From positions 128,001 through 192,000 of the forward strand of contig JAXGMI010000002.1 of the NCBI GenBank assembly GCA_040768745.1: a stretch of DNA of 64,000 bases, in the 5' to 3' direction. The DNA is from Desulfomicrobium sp. GTDB taxonomy: Bacteria > Desulfobacterota > Desulfovibrionia > Desulfovibrionales > Desulfomicrobiaceae. Positions 1 to 11,449 of this stretch are shown here, in pieces. Position 1 is the stretch's first letter; every line of letters begins with the position of its first letter. The translations under genes and the position numbers were made by a program. Below the pieces are notes generated by a model. The model did not search any database and was not told the DNA's origin. It saw nothing but the letters and a program-made list of their open reading frames with translations.

Positions 1-337
1 TTGGGGCCATGCGGCCTGCCGGGCTTGCGCACTGCGAGCAGGTTGTTCTCTCTCATGATCCGAAGCGTTCGCAGGGGGACGTTCTGATGCCCTCAAAACG
101 CAACCTGGCCCACACTTTCCGATAGCCTTCACCAGTAAAAGGGGAGTTCTGGATGCATGCCACGATGTGCCCGAACAACTCCCCATCACTGTGGAAGCCA
201 ATAGGGCCTCGGCGGCTTGGTGTGCCCTCATTCGCAACCTTGCGTGCATAATGCGTGGACCTGGGGAGATTCCAGACCCGGCAAACCAGCACCAGCCCAT
301 ACGTCTGACCAGTGGAGGGCGAGGTGGACCGGCTCAT
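1..337 (-). pseudogene. IS3-family transposase OrfB N-terminal part, frameshifted near 74-78
   Basis: GYRKVWARLR motif. The reading continues in another frame as LRTLRIMRENNLLAVRKPGRPHGP after a G5 run. Confidence 0.7.
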
Positions 338-723
338 TTCCTCGACCTCCGCAACCCCAAAGGGTCTTTTGCCTCCATCATTCGGATCTTCTCGCGGAGC
401 AGTTCTATCTCCATGGTCTGCTCGCCGATTTTCTCATTGAGGCGCTTGTATTCGGCCTCCTCCGCCGGAGAGCGTTTTTTGAGACTATCCGCGCCACCGG
501 CCAGAAAGGCATCTCTCCATTGTGAGAGCGTGGCAGCCGTCACGCCGAGTTCCCGACTGAGCGTTTCGATGTCTTCACCACGCAGAAGCCGGAGGACGGC
601 CTCGGTCTTGTGCTGTGCCCAGAATCGCTTGGGAGTTGCCTTCGTCTCCCCGGTTCCAGTCGGCCTACGGCCTCCCTCCACCGGGGAGACGGCTGAAATA
701 TCCTTGTCGCTTTGTTTGCTCAT
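334..723 (-). CDS. IS3-family transposase OrfA (HTH)
   Basis: KTEAVLRLLRGEDIETLSRELGVTAATLSQWRDAFLAGG HTH followed by a coiled coil; GAGG RBS upstream. Confidence 0.85.
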   Translation of the reverse strand: MSKQSDKDISAVSPVEGGRRPTGTGETKATPKRFWAQHKTEAVLRLLRGEDIETLSRELGVTAATLSQWRDAFLAGGADSLKKRSPAEEAEYKRLNEKIGEQTMEIELLREKIRMMEAKDPLGLRRSRK

Positions 724-803
724 GAATCACCTCATGGGGAGTCTCTCTACTCCCAATTTGGTGTCCAAGAAAACCCTATCCCAGAGGAAAGAACATAAAA
801 AAA

Positions 804-1316
804 AGCTGTGATTGTAAGTGTAAATTTACAAAATAAAATATGATTGACTTGATACATTGATTTTTTTTTGCAGAACATAAAACCTCCAAAATTATAAGTT
901 ATAAAAACAATTTTATTTGCTAGATTTTGGGTTATCAGTAGATGCATCCCAATCTTGGAGTTACATCTAGCCTATAGAAAAAAATGCGAGCGACAAGCCC
1001 CAGTTCTCGGGGAAATCGAAATTTCGATATTGTCCTCTAAAAATTTTGCATAATTTGTTCCAATAATTTTAGTATATTATTCTAAGTTGTTAAATGGGTT
1101 TGTGGATTAGCTGTGATTGTAAGTGTAAATTTTTCCGACAAGCTGAGTTGGATGGAGAACTCGCCTTCAAATAGACGTTGAGACCTTTTTTCTTGTGAAA
1201 GCTCAATTTCGATTTAAATAAATTAGATTCAAAATTGAAATCAGATAATTGCAGAAAATTAAAAAATTTTAAATTTGTCGGGCAGGTCATGTTTGGAAGT
1301 GTAAACTTTTCCGACA
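804..1316 (+). repeat. Dispersed direct repeats in AT-rich region
   Basis: AGCTGTGATTGTAAGTGTAAATTT is identical at 804-827 and 1109-1132. AAGTGTAAA(T/C)TTTTCCGACA occurs at 1121-1140 and 1297-1316. Confidence 0.85.
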
Positions 1317-1424
1317 CGTTTTCGAATATTATTCCATTTTGGAATGGCGAGATGCTTTAAGCTCGAATAAACGTCGAATAAAATTGGCTATAAAAAACAT
1401 AGGTCATGGTTAGAACAGCGGATA
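941..1424 (+). mobile_element. Fragmented IS1595-like remnant (or chimeric consensus)
   Basis: 985-1020 is identical (36 bp) to 42428-42463, with further colinear short matches. 1402-1424 matches the IS left end 42206-42228 at 21/23. Confidence 0.6.
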
Positions 1425-1650
1425 CATGCTGCGGAAGGGCTCACGGCAAGGTGGGGCTGCTGCCAAAGACCAGGGGCATGATGGAAGAGGTGGCGCCAGA
1501 GCGTGGGCGCAGCGGCAGGAGAGTCGCCGGCAGACGGTTTGGGAGTCCTTCCACCGGGCATGCAGCGCACCTTCAGCTGAAAAAGCGATACTGCAGTCCA
1601 TTCCCGGCGGTCCCGGCGTGGGCAGCCTTGTTGCTGCCCCGGTCAGGGAT

Positions 1651-3057
1651 TCAGAGCGAACACGTTCCAGGCTGGGTCATGCACAGCGCCGCATGCAGGG
1701 ATATCTGGGCCTGGGCGAACTGTTCCCGCTCAACCACGAATTGCATGTTGGTCTGCCTCGCGGTCTGGGACACGGCCAGGATGTTGATGTTGTCCCTGGC
1801 CAGGGCTCCGGCGGCCTTGGCCAGGATGCCGGGCTGGGCGATGTTGGAGCCGATGGCGCAGACAATGGCCACCTTGCGCAGGGTGATATGCTCGAATCTG
1901 TCGTGCAGCTCCGCGACCAGCGCATCTGTGCAGTCCCGATCGTTGATGATCATGCCGATGGTGTTGGCGTTGGTGGACTTGCTGATATAGGAAATCTGGT
2001 GTTTGGCCAAAATCTGCATGATGCGCAGATCGAATCCGACTTCACCGACCATGCGCGTGTCATGGACTTCCAGGCTGGTGACCTTGTCGGAACCGGTCAC
2101 AATCTCGACCATGGATTGCGGGGCGATGAAATCCTTGCTGATGAGGGTGCCGCCATGATCCGGGTCAAAGGCATTTTTGACCCGAATGGGAATATTGTTG
2201 ATTTCCAGCGGTTTGGATGCCTTGGGATGAATGGCCTCCATGCCCACGTCGGCCAGCTGGTCGGCCACGTCGAAGTTGGTGTTGCACAGGGGGTGGATGT
2301 TGTTTTCGCCAATGAGAACCGGATCGCCTGAACAGAGGTGGTATTCCTTGTGGATGATGGCCTCCTTGGCGCCCAGCAGCACCGCGACCTTGGAAAAGGT
2401 CACTTCCGAATAGCCCCGGTCGAATTCGCGCATGATGCCTTCGGTGCCCTTGGTGTAACCTGTGGCGAAACAGATGGTGGAAAACGGGTCTATCCCCTGG
2501 AAGCTGTCCTTGATGCGTTCGTCGATGGTCAACTGCCGGCTGTCTTCCCATCCGCTCAAGTCCACGAACGTGGCGTTGTATCCCCTGTTGCCCAGAATGT
2601 TGGCGGAATTGAACGCGCTGTGCATTTCACCCAGGGAGGCGAGCAGCTCACGCGCGGCCAGCAGCAACGCCTTGCGTGAGATGTAGCCAGAGGCCAGGAC
2701 GTTTTCCATGCTGCGCAGGATATTGATGGACTGGTCGATGTGGTCGCCGATGAAGTCATTGGCCTCGTCCAGGTTCAATCCGGCCGCCACAAAAGTCTGG
2801 TTCAGTTCGAAAAGGTGGTCGCGCAGGGTCAGCATCTTCCTGGCATAGTTTTCCTGGCTCCGAAAAAGCTGGTATATGCCTGGCTGACCTGTTTTCTTGT
2901 GTTCCAGAAGTTCGTTGGTGATCCCGCCATATGCGGAAACCACGTAAATGCGGCCATACACGTCATCCGGGCTCCGCAGGATGACGTTGTCGATGATTTC
3001 CGGGAACCGTGACATGGATGTCCCGCCGATCTTTTCGATTCTCAGAAAACCTTTCAT
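1651..3057 (-). CDS. ask: Aspartate kinase, ectoine-associated (Ask_Ect-like) type
   Basis: EKIGGTSM N-terminal motif, VVSAYGGITNELLEHKK, DRGYSE, EAIHP and C-terminal ACT domains. Start placed at MKGFLR. Confidence 0.9.
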   Translation of the reverse strand: MKGFLRIEKIGGTSMSRFPEIIDNVILRSPDDVYGRIYVVSAYGGITNELLEHKKTGQPGIYQLFRSQENYARKMLTLRDHLFELNQTFVAAGLNLDEANDFIGDHIDQSINILRSMENVLASGYISRKALLLAARELLASLGEMHSAFNSANILGNRGYNATFVDLSGWEDSRQLTIDERIKDSFQGIDPFSTICFATGYTKGTEGIMREFDRGYSEVTFSKVAVLLGAKEAIIHKEYHLCSGDPVLIGENNIHPLCNTNFDVADQLADVGMEAIHPKASKPLEINNIPIRVKNAFDPDHGGTLISKDFIAPQSMVEIVTGSDKVTSLEVHDTRMVGEVGFDLRIMQILAKHQISYISKSTNANTIGMIINDRDCTDALVAELHDRFEHITLRKVAIVCAIGSNIAQPGILAKAAGALARDNINILAVSQTARQTNMQFVVEREQFAQAQISLHAALCMTQPGTCSL

Positions 3058-3277
3058 GAGCAATCCCGATGTTCTTGAAGTTTGCCGAACGGTTACTGCG
3101 GCATATGCATATCGGCCTAGTTTTTTAGGCGATAGGTCCGAAGAAGGTGCAGCGTCAATACGTGATGAACCGGAAAATCGATTTCCATTGCCTGGTTTGG
3201 CATTGGGGCTGGCCGGTTTGACGGTCCGGACGGGTGCAGCTAGAAGGGCGAAAAACAGGCAGTTCGGCAGGTTCAGC

Positions 3278-5086
3278 ATGAAGCATCTTCTTCTTTTTCT
3301 TTTTTTTCTGTCCGCAGTTCAGCCCGCCCTGGCCGGTGGCGTGCACGCCCTGGCCATGAACGGCCAGCCCAAGTACGGCCCGGGTTTCACCCACTTCGAT
3401 TATGCAAACCCCGACGCCCCCAAGGGCGGGACCGTGCGCCTGGCGGCCACGGGCACCTTCGACAGCTTCAACCCCTTCATCGTCAAGGGCAATTCCGCCG
3501 ATGGCCTGGGTCTCCTGTTCGACACCTTGACCGAACAGTCCCTGGACGAGCCTTTCACGGAGTACGGGCTTCTGGCCGAGCGCATCGAACTGGCCCCGGA
3601 CCGGTCCTTCCTGACCTTCCAACTGCGCAAGGAGGCCCGTTTCCACGACGGCAGCCCCGTCAAGGCCGCCGACGTGGCCTTCACCTTCAGAACCCTGGTG
3701 GAGCAGGGCAACCCGCACTATGCCCAGTACTATGCCGACGTGGAGCGGGTCGAGACCAGCGGGCCCCTGACCGTGACCTTCTTTTTCAAGCCCCGGGCCA
3801 GCCAGGAGCTGCCCCTCATCCTCGGCCAACTGCCCGTCCTCCCGGAGAAATTCTGGCAGGGCCGGGATTTTTCCGTCTCGTCCCTGGACGTGCCCCTGGG
3901 CAGCGGGCCATACCGCATCGGGGAGTTCAAGGCTGGCCAGCGTCTGACCTTCGTGCGCGACCCAGGCTATTGGGGCCGCGACCTGCCCGTGAACAGGGGT
4001 CGGCACAACTTCGACACCATCGTCTACGACTACTACCGCGACCTGACGGTCACCTTGGAGGCCTTCAAGGCCGGGGAGTACGACTTCCGCCAGGAATACA
4101 ACTCCAAGCAATGGGCCACGGGCTATACTGGGCCGGCCGTGGAGCGGGGGCTGATCCGCACCGAGAACATCCCGCACAAGCTGTCCCAGGGCATGCAGTG
4201 CTTCGCCTTCAACACGCGTCGCGCCACCTTTTCTGACCCCCTGGTGCGCCGGGCCCTGAACCACGCCTTCGATTTCGAGTGGAGCAACAAGAACCTCTTC
4301 TACGGCCAGTACGCGCGCTCCACGAGCTTCTTCTCCAATTCCGACATGGCCTCTTCCGGCGCGCCGACGCCCGAAGAGAAGACCATCCTTGAATCCCTGG
4401 GCCTGCCCGCAGAGGTTTCCACACAGGCTTTCAGCCTGCCCGCCACCGACGGCAGCGGCAACATCCGCGACAACCTGCGCATTGCCGCGGAACTGCTCCG
4501 GCAGGCGGGTTGGGTCGTGCAGAGCGGGAAGCTCACGAAGGACGGGCAGCCCTTTGTCTTCGAGATGCTTCTGGTGCAGCCGGACTTCGAGCGCGTGGTC
4601 CTGCCCTTCCAGCGTAACCTGGCGCGCCTGGGCATCACCATGAGCGTGCGCATGGTCGACACGTCGCAATATCTGGAACGCCTGCGGGGCTTCGACTTCG
4701 ACATGATCGTGACCAGCTTCCCCCAGTCCCTGTCCCCGGGCAACGAGCAGCGCTCCTTCTGGCACTCGGCCTCGGCCGACATGCCCGGATCGCGCAACTA
4801 CTGCGGCATCAAGAATCCGGCCATAGACCGGCTTGTGGATCTGGTCATCGCCGCCCCGGACCGCGAGAGGCTGATTTTGCGCTGCAAAGCCCTGGACCGG
4901 GCCCTGCTGTGGGGCTGGTATGTCATCCCCCACTGGCACTCCACGTCCTGGCGCGTGGCCTACTGGGACAAGTTTGGGCTGCCGGGAAAGCTGGCCGACT
5001 ACGGGCTCGATTTCCAGTCCTGGTGGGTCGACCCGCAGAAGGAGAGGGAACTGGAGGGGAAAAGGAAGGGCGCGGGGCTGAAGTAG
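3278..5086 (+). CDS. yejA: Peptide/microcin C-type ABC transporter substrate-binding protein
   Basis: Signal peptide, [44 protein letters not shown]. Confidence 0.9.
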   Translation: MKHLLLFLFFLSAVQPALAGGVHALAMNGQPKYGPGFTHFDYANPDAPKGGTVRLAATGTFDSFNPFIVKGNSADGLGLLFDTLTEQSLDEPFTEYGLLAERIELAPDRSFLTFQLRKEARFHDGSPVKAADVAFTFRTLVEQGNPHYAQYYADVERVETSGPLTVTFFFKPRASQELPLILGQLPVLPEKFWQGRDFSVSSLDVPLGSGPYRIGEFKAGQRLTFVRDPGYWGRDLPVNRGRHNFDTIVYDYYRDLTVTLEAFKAGEYDFRQEYNSKQWATGYTGPAVERGLIRTENIPHKLSQGMQCFAFNTRRATFSDPLVRRALNHAFDFEWSNKNLFYGQYARSTSFFSNSDMASSGAPTPEEKTILESLGLPAEVSTQAFSLPATDGSGNIRDNLRIAAELLRQAGWVVQSGKLTKDGQPFVFEMLLVQPDFERVVLPFQRNLARLGITMSVRMVDTSQYLERLRGFDFDMIVTSFPQSLSPGNEQRSFWHSASADMPGSRNYCGIKNPAIDRLVDLVIAAPDRERLILRCKALDRALLWGWYVIPHWHSTSWRVAYWDKFGLPGKLADYGLDFQSWWVDPQKERELEGKRKGAGLK

Positions 5087-5116
5087 TCATGGCTTTCAAA
5101 CCATGGAATGTAAGGC

Positions 5117-5188
5117 ATGGATTGCCACGCTTCGCTCGCAATGGCTTACGTGCGCTTGCGTCATTGCGAGCGAAGCGTGGCAATCCAT
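5117..5188. repeat. Palindromic intergenic element (REP/RPE-like), 27-bp perfect inverted repeat
   Basis: ATGGATTGCCACGCTTCGCTCGCAATG (5117-5143) pairs with CATTGCGAGCGAAGCGTGGCAATCCAT (5162-5188). Confidence 0.9.
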
Positions 5189-5231
5189 CTTCAACCCCCA
5201 ACCTCGCACCCTGCGGTTTCACAACGAAATA

Positions 5232-6335
5232 ATGCTCGCCTACATACTGCGCCGTCTGGCCCTCATCCTCCCGACCCTGCTGGGCATCCTGACGCTCAAT
5301 TTCTTCATCATCCAGGCCGCGCCTGGCGGACCCGTGGAGCAGATGCTCGCGCGCCTGCAGGGCCTCGACGTGGCGGCCGCGGCCCGCGTCAGCGGTCCCG
5401 GCGGCGACGCGGCCGGGGGGTCACAGGCAGCCCAGGCGTCCTCCCGGTCGGCCTACCGTGGGGCCCAGGGCCTGGATCCCGATGTGGTGGCCCGCATCGA
5501 GCGCATGTACGGGTTCGACAAGCCGGTCTGGGAGCGCTATGTGCAGATGCTCGTCAATTACGCCACCTTTGACCTGGGCGAGAGCTTTTTCCGCAGCAAG
5601 GGGGTCCTCACGCTAATCGGCGAGAAGATCCCCGTTTCCCTGTCACTGGGTCTGTGGAGCACCCTCATCATCTACGCCCTGTCCATTCCGCTGGGGATCA
5701 TGAAGGCCGTGCGCCACGGTTCACGCTTCGACGTGTGGACCAGCACGGTCATGATTGTCGGCAACGCCGTCCCTGTCTTCCTCTTCGCCATCCTGCTCGT
5801 GGTGCTGTTCGCGGGTGGGAGCTACCTCGACTGGTTCCCCCTGCGCGGCCTGACCTCGCCGGGCTGGGAGGAATTCAGCCTGTGGCACAAGGTCACGGAC
5901 TACTTCTGGCACCTGGCCCTGCCCGTGACGGCCATGGTCATCGGAGGCTTCGCCACCCTGACCATGCTGACCAAGAACTCCTTCCTGGACGAGATCGGCA
6001 AACAATACGTGGTCACGGCCCGGGCCAAGGGCGTGACCGAGCGCGGCATCCTCTACGGCCACGTCTTCCGCAACGCCATGCTGCTGGTCATCGCCGGGTT
6101 TCCGGCGGCCTTCATCTCCATGTTCTTCACGGGGTCGCTCTTGATCGAGGTCATCTTCTCCCTGGACGGACTGGGCCTCCTGGGCTTCGAGGCGACCATC
6201 AGCCGCGACTACCCGGTCATGTTCGGGTCCCTCTACATCTTCACCCTCATGGGCCTGGTCACCAAGCTCATCTCGGATCTGACCTACGTGCTGGTGGACC
6301 CGCGCATCGACTTCGAAGGCAGGGAGGGCCGATGA
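5232..6335 (+). CDS. yejB: ABC transporter permease YejB
   Basis: [40 protein letters not shown]. Confidence 0.9.
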   Translation: MLAYILRRLALILPTLLGILTLNFFIIQAAPGGPVEQMLARLQGLDVAAAARVSGPGGDAAGGSQAAQASSRSAYRGAQGLDPDVVARIERMYGFDKPVWERYVQMLVNYATFDLGESFFRSKGVLTLIGEKIPVSLSLGLWSTLIIYALSIPLGIMKAVRHGSRFDVWTSTVMIVGNAVPVFLFAILLVVLFAGGSYLDWFPLRGLTSPGWEEFSLWHKVTDYFWHLALPVTAMVIGGFATLTMLTKNSFLDEIGKQYVVTARAKGVTERGILYGHVFRNAMLLVIAGFPAAFISMFFTGSLLIEVIFSLDGLGLLGFEATISRDYPVMFGSLYIFTLMGLVTKLISDLTYVLVDPRIDFEGREGR

Positions 6336-7348
6336 ATCCCATAGCCCGCCGCCGGCTGCGTGCCTTCCGGGCCAACAGGCGCGCCTTCTGGTCCGTGTGG
6401 ATTTTCCTGTTCATTTTTCTGGTCAGCCTGGGGGCGGAGCTTGTGGCCAACGACCGCCCGCTTCTGGTCCGATACGACGGCGGCTTCTACGCGCCAGTTC
6501 TGATGATATATCCTGAGACCACCTTCGGGGGGGACTTCGAGACCGAGGCCGTGTACCGCGATCCCTACGTCCAGGACCTGATCAACGCCAAAGGCTGGAT
6601 GCTCTGGCCGCCCATCCGCTACAGTTACAAGACCATCAACTACGACCTGCCCGTGCCCGCCCCGGCCCCACCCTCGGCCCAGAACTGGCTGGGCACCGAT
6701 GACCAGGGCCGCGACGTGCTGGCCCGCATCATCTACGGCGTGCGTCTGTCGGTCCTCTTCGGTCTGACCCTGACTCTGGGCAGTTCCCTCATCGGCGTCT
6801 GCGTGGGGGCGGCCCAGGGCTACTACGGAGGGCTGACGGATCTGGCCGGGCAACGCTTCATGGAGATCTGGTCGGGCATGCCCGGCCTGTTCATTCTCAT
6901 CATCCTGGCCTCCATGGTCGAGCCGGGCTTCTGGTGGCTCCTGGCCGTGACCATGCTCTTCTCGTGGATGAGCCTGGTGGACGTGGTCCGGGCCGAGTTC
7001 CTGCGCGGCCGCAACCTCGAGTACGTGCGCGCGGCCAGGGCGCTGGGCCTTTCCGACCGGGTCATCATGTTCCGGCACATCCTGCCCAACGCCATGATTG
7101 CCACCGTGACCTTCCTGCCCTTCATCGTCAGCGGATCCATCACCACGCTCACTTCCCTGGACTTCCTGGGCTTCGGCCTGCCGCCCGGCTCGCCGTCCCT
7201 GGGGGAGCTGCTGGCCCAGGGCAAGAACAACCTGCAGGCCCCCTGGCTCGGCCTCTCGGCCTTCGCCGTGCTCGGCACCATCCTGAGCCTGCTGGTCTTT
7301 ATCGGAGAAGGAGTGCGCGATGCCTTCGACCCGCGCCAAAGCGTCTGA
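6332..7348 (+). CDS. yejE: ABC transporter permease YejE
   Basis: [34 protein letters not shown] overlap with yejB. Confidence 0.9.
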   Translation: MNPIARRRLRAFRANRRAFWSVWIFLFIFLVSLGAELVANDRPLLVRYDGGFYAPVLMIYPETTFGGDFETEAVYRDPYVQDLINAKGWMLWPPIRYSYKTINYDLPVPAPAPPSAQNWLGTDDQGRDVLARIIYGVRLSVLFGLTLTLGSSLIGVCVGAAQGYYGGLTDLAGQRFMEIWSGMPGLFILIILASMVEPGFWWLLAVTMLFSWMSLVDVVRAEFLRGRNLEYVRAARALGLSDRVIMFRHILPNAMIATVTFLPFIVSGSITTLTSLDFLGFGLPPGSPSLGELLAQGKNNLQAPWLGLSAFAVLGTILSLLVFIGEGVRDAFDPRQSV

Positions 7349-7364
7349 GCCGGCCCCCGGCCCG

Positions 7365-8966
<1,602 letters not shown>

Positions 8967-8977
8967 AGGATCACAGC

Positions 8978-10330
8978 ATGGCCAACCACACAGAGAAATT
9001 CATTTCCCCAGCCTTTCTGCCCGTCTATTTCTTCGCCACGGTCATTCTCCTCGGTGGAGCTCTTCTCCACCATCCCATGAGCCTGCGCGACACCACTGTT
9101 TCGTGGCTGGACGCCATGTTCACTTCGGTTTCAGCCACGTGCGTGACAGGACTGACCGTGGTGGACACGGACTCCTCATATTCGACCACAGGCCAGGCCA
9201 TCATCGCCACCTTGATCCAGATCGGCGGCCTGGGCGTCATGACCTATACCAGTCTGGTCTTCTATCTTTTGCGCAGACGGATTTCCATGACCGACCGCAT
9301 TGCCGTGGGCCAATCCCTGCTGGGGGATCCTGCCTTTCATCTGGGAAAATTTCTGATCCAGATGGTTCTGGTCTGTCTGTGCATCGAGTCGGCCGGAGCC
9401 GTGGCCCTGCATGTGGCCAGTCTGGGCAGGATAGGCTGGTTCAGCGCCTTTTTCCATGCCGTTTCCGCCTTCTGCAACGCCGGATTCGCCCTTTTCCCTG
9501 ACAGTTTGATGGGTTTTGCCGGCAATTTGCCGGTGAATTTCATCATCATGTCCCTTATCATCCTGGGCGGTATCGGCTTCTATGTACTGGTGGAGGTGCC
9601 CGGATATCTCTGCCGCCTGCTGCGCAGGGACCGCGAGGCCAGACTGAGCTGGCAGAGCGCGGTGGTCATCCGCACCAGCGTATGGCTCATAGTGGCTGGC
9701 TGGGCCATATTCTTCTGGACAGAGTCAGAGCAGGGGCAGGCGCACCTGTTTGCCACCCTCCTGCAGACCTTGTTCCAGTCCGTCACTGCCCGCACGGCTG
9801 GATTCAATACCATGGACATCGGGGCCATGACCGACACTGCCCTTTTTGTCATGATCCTGCTCATGGTCATCGGTGGTTCCCCCGCCTCCTGCGCCGGCGG
9901 CATCAAGACCACGACCCTGCGCGTGCTGCTGTCTTTTGGCGTATCCCAGATCAAGGGCCGGGAGCAGGTCGTGGTGGACGGCCACGCCGTGGACAGCACG
10001 ACCCTGAACAAGGCCATGACCCTGTCCATCATGGCCTTTGTGCTCATCCTGTTTTCAGTCTTTGTCCTGACCGTCACCGAGGGCGCCAATGTCTCGCATC
10101 AGATGGTCCGAGGCAAGTTCATCGAGCTTTTTTTCGAGGCCACTTCGGCGTTCGGCACCGTCGGCCTGAGCACCGGTCTGACCCCGCACCTGTCCACCCC
10201 AGGGAAGCTGGTCATCATGCTGCTCATGTTCGTGGGGCGCTTGGGGCCCATTGTCTTTGTGACCATGCTGCAGGCTTGGCAGACCAGGGAACATTTCCGC
10301 AGGGCCGAAAAGAGCATGCTCATCGGGTAA
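8978..10330 (+). CDS. TrkH/KtrB family potassium uptake membrane protein
   Basis: SATCVTGL, SAFCNAGF, RTAGF and SAFGTVGLS pore-loop motifs; GGIKTT. Confidence 0.92.
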   Translation: MANHTEKFISPAFLPVYFFATVILLGGALLHHPMSLRDTTVSWLDAMFTSVSATCVTGLTVVDTDSSYSTTGQAIIATLIQIGGLGVMTYTSLVFYLLRRRISMTDRIAVGQSLLGDPAFHLGKFLIQMVLVCLCIESAGAVALHVASLGRIGWFSAFFHAVSAFCNAGFALFPDSLMGFAGNLPVNFIIMSLIILGGIGFYVLVEVPGYLCRLLRRDREARLSWQSAVVIRTSVWLIVAGWAIFFWTESEQGQAHLFATLLQTLFQSVTARTAGFNTMDIGAMTDTALFVMILLMVIGGSPASCAGGIKTTTLRVLLSFGVSQIKGREQVVVDGHAVDSTTLNKAMTLSIMAFVLILFSVFVLTVTEGANVSHQMVRGKFIELFFEATSAFGTVGLSTGLTPHLSTPGKLVIMLLMFVGRLGPIVFVTMLQAWQTREHFRRAEKSMLIG

Positions 10331-10339
10331 GGAGGAACT

Positions 10340-11002
10340 ATGCAGAAACTCAAGAAATATGAATTCGGCATCATTGGACTGGGTAAATTCGGCATGAGCC
10401 TGGGCCGGGCCTTGCGCAGTCACGGTCAGGTTGTGGTGGGGGTGGACAGCGATCCCGAGAAGGTCAAGACCGCAGCCGAGATTCTGACTCAGGCCTTCCA
10501 GGCTGAAGCCATGGACAAAACGGCATTGCAGCAGCTGGGGTTTGCCGACTTCAGTGAGGTTATCGTCAGTACAGGCCATTCCATGGAGGCGAGCATCCTC
10601 ATCACTCTTTTTTTGAAGGAATTGGGGTGCCCCAGAGTCACGGTCAAGGCGATCAGCCGGGATCATGAAAAAGTCCTGCGCAAGGTCGGGGCCGATGAAG
10701 TCATTTTTCCCGAACGCTACGCTGCAGAACAGCTGGCGGCCAAGTTGGCCGTGCCGGGCCTCATCGACTACCTTCCCCTGGGGTACAATGTCATTCTGAA
10801 GGAACTGACCGTGGAGCGCTGGACCGGCAAGACCCTGCGTGAACTCAATCTGACCAACGCCTTCGGACTGCAGGTCGTGGCGGTGAGGATCGAAGGGGAG
10901 AAGCAATTCGAGTTTGTACCCCGGGCCGACCGTCCCCTGCAACGTGGTGACATCCTGGCAGTCATCGGCAAAAGTGAAAATTTGGTGGGTTTGAACCCCT
11001 GA
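10340..11002 (+). CDS. TrkA/KtrA family K+ uptake regulatory (RCK) protein
   Basis: IIGLGKFG Rossmann motif, KVGADEVIFPE, TrkA-C domain; AAGGAGG RBS. Confidence 0.92.
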   Translation: MQKLKKYEFGIIGLGKFGMSLGRALRSHGQVVVGVDSDPEKVKTAAEILTQAFQAEAMDKTALQQLGFADFSEVIVSTGHSMEASILITLFLKELGCPRVTVKAISRDHEKVLRKVGADEVIFPERYAAEQLAAKLAVPGLIDYLPLGYNVILKELTVERWTGKTLRELNLTNAFGLQVVAVRIEGEKQFEFVPRADRPLQRGDILAVIGKSENLVGLNP

Positions 11003-11017
11003 ACAGCGGGATTGCAT

Positions 11018-11449
11018 ATGCCACGCATGCAGATTGACCTTCCCGAGGCCTGGCTGTTCCGGACTCGACTGACCGTGCGCGTCGGGGACGTGAACTACGG
11101 CGGTCACCTGGGCAACGACCGGGTGCTGGGGCTCGTGCACGAGGCGCGGGTGCGGTGGCTGGCGTCCTGCGGGCTGTCCGAGAAGGACGTGGGCGGGCCG
11201 GGGCTCATCATGGCCGACGCGGCCCTGGCCTTCCGCGGCGAGGCTTTTCTGGGGGACGAACTGGAGGTCGAGCTGGGCGCGACGGACGTGCGGCGCTCGG
11301 GGTTTGGGCTCGTGTACCGGCTGCGCCGGGTGGGCGACGGGGCAGACATCGCCCTGGTTTCAACGGGCATGGTCTGCTTCGACTACGCGGTGCGCAGGGT
11401 GGCGCGGGTGCCCGAAGCTTTCGCCCGGCTGCTCGGGGCAGGGTCGTGA
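11018..11449 (+). CDS. Hotdog-fold thioesterase (4HBT/YbgC-like)
   Basis: VRVGDVNYGGHLGND...EAR motif. Confidence 0.85.
   Translation: MPRMQIDLPEAWLFRTRLTVRVGDVNYGGHLGNDRVLGLVHEARVRWLASCGLSEKDVGGPGLIMADAALAFRGEAFLGDELEVELGATDVRRSGFGLVYRLRRVGDGADIALVSTGMVCFDYAVRRVARVPEAFARLLGAGS

Larger units (their letters stand above)
1..795 (-). mobile_element. IS3-family insertion sequence, left part (runs off window start)
   Basis: orfA/orfB pair with ATGA overlap. The minus strand starts TGTTCTTTCCTCTGGGATAGGGTTTTCTTGGACACC at 795, an IS3-like TG terminus, and composition switches to AT-rich right after it. The other end is outside the window. Confidence 0.8.

Noticed and set aside
658..672. 15-bp match (reverse complement) to 38637-38651, GGCCGTAGGCCGACT
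   Set aside because: A few 15-mer matches are expected by chance in 64 kb of GC-rich DNA, and the match does not extend.
804..1316. CRISPR array suggested by 24-bp direct repeats and a 36-bp IS-matching 'spacer'
   Set aside because: There are only two full copies 305 bp apart, the 36-mer is not flanked by repeats, and no cas genes are present.
3058..3277. Lysine riboswitch upstream of the aspartate kinase
   Set aside because: The only AGGTGC-like motif is on the wrong strand, and I recognised no other conserved elements.
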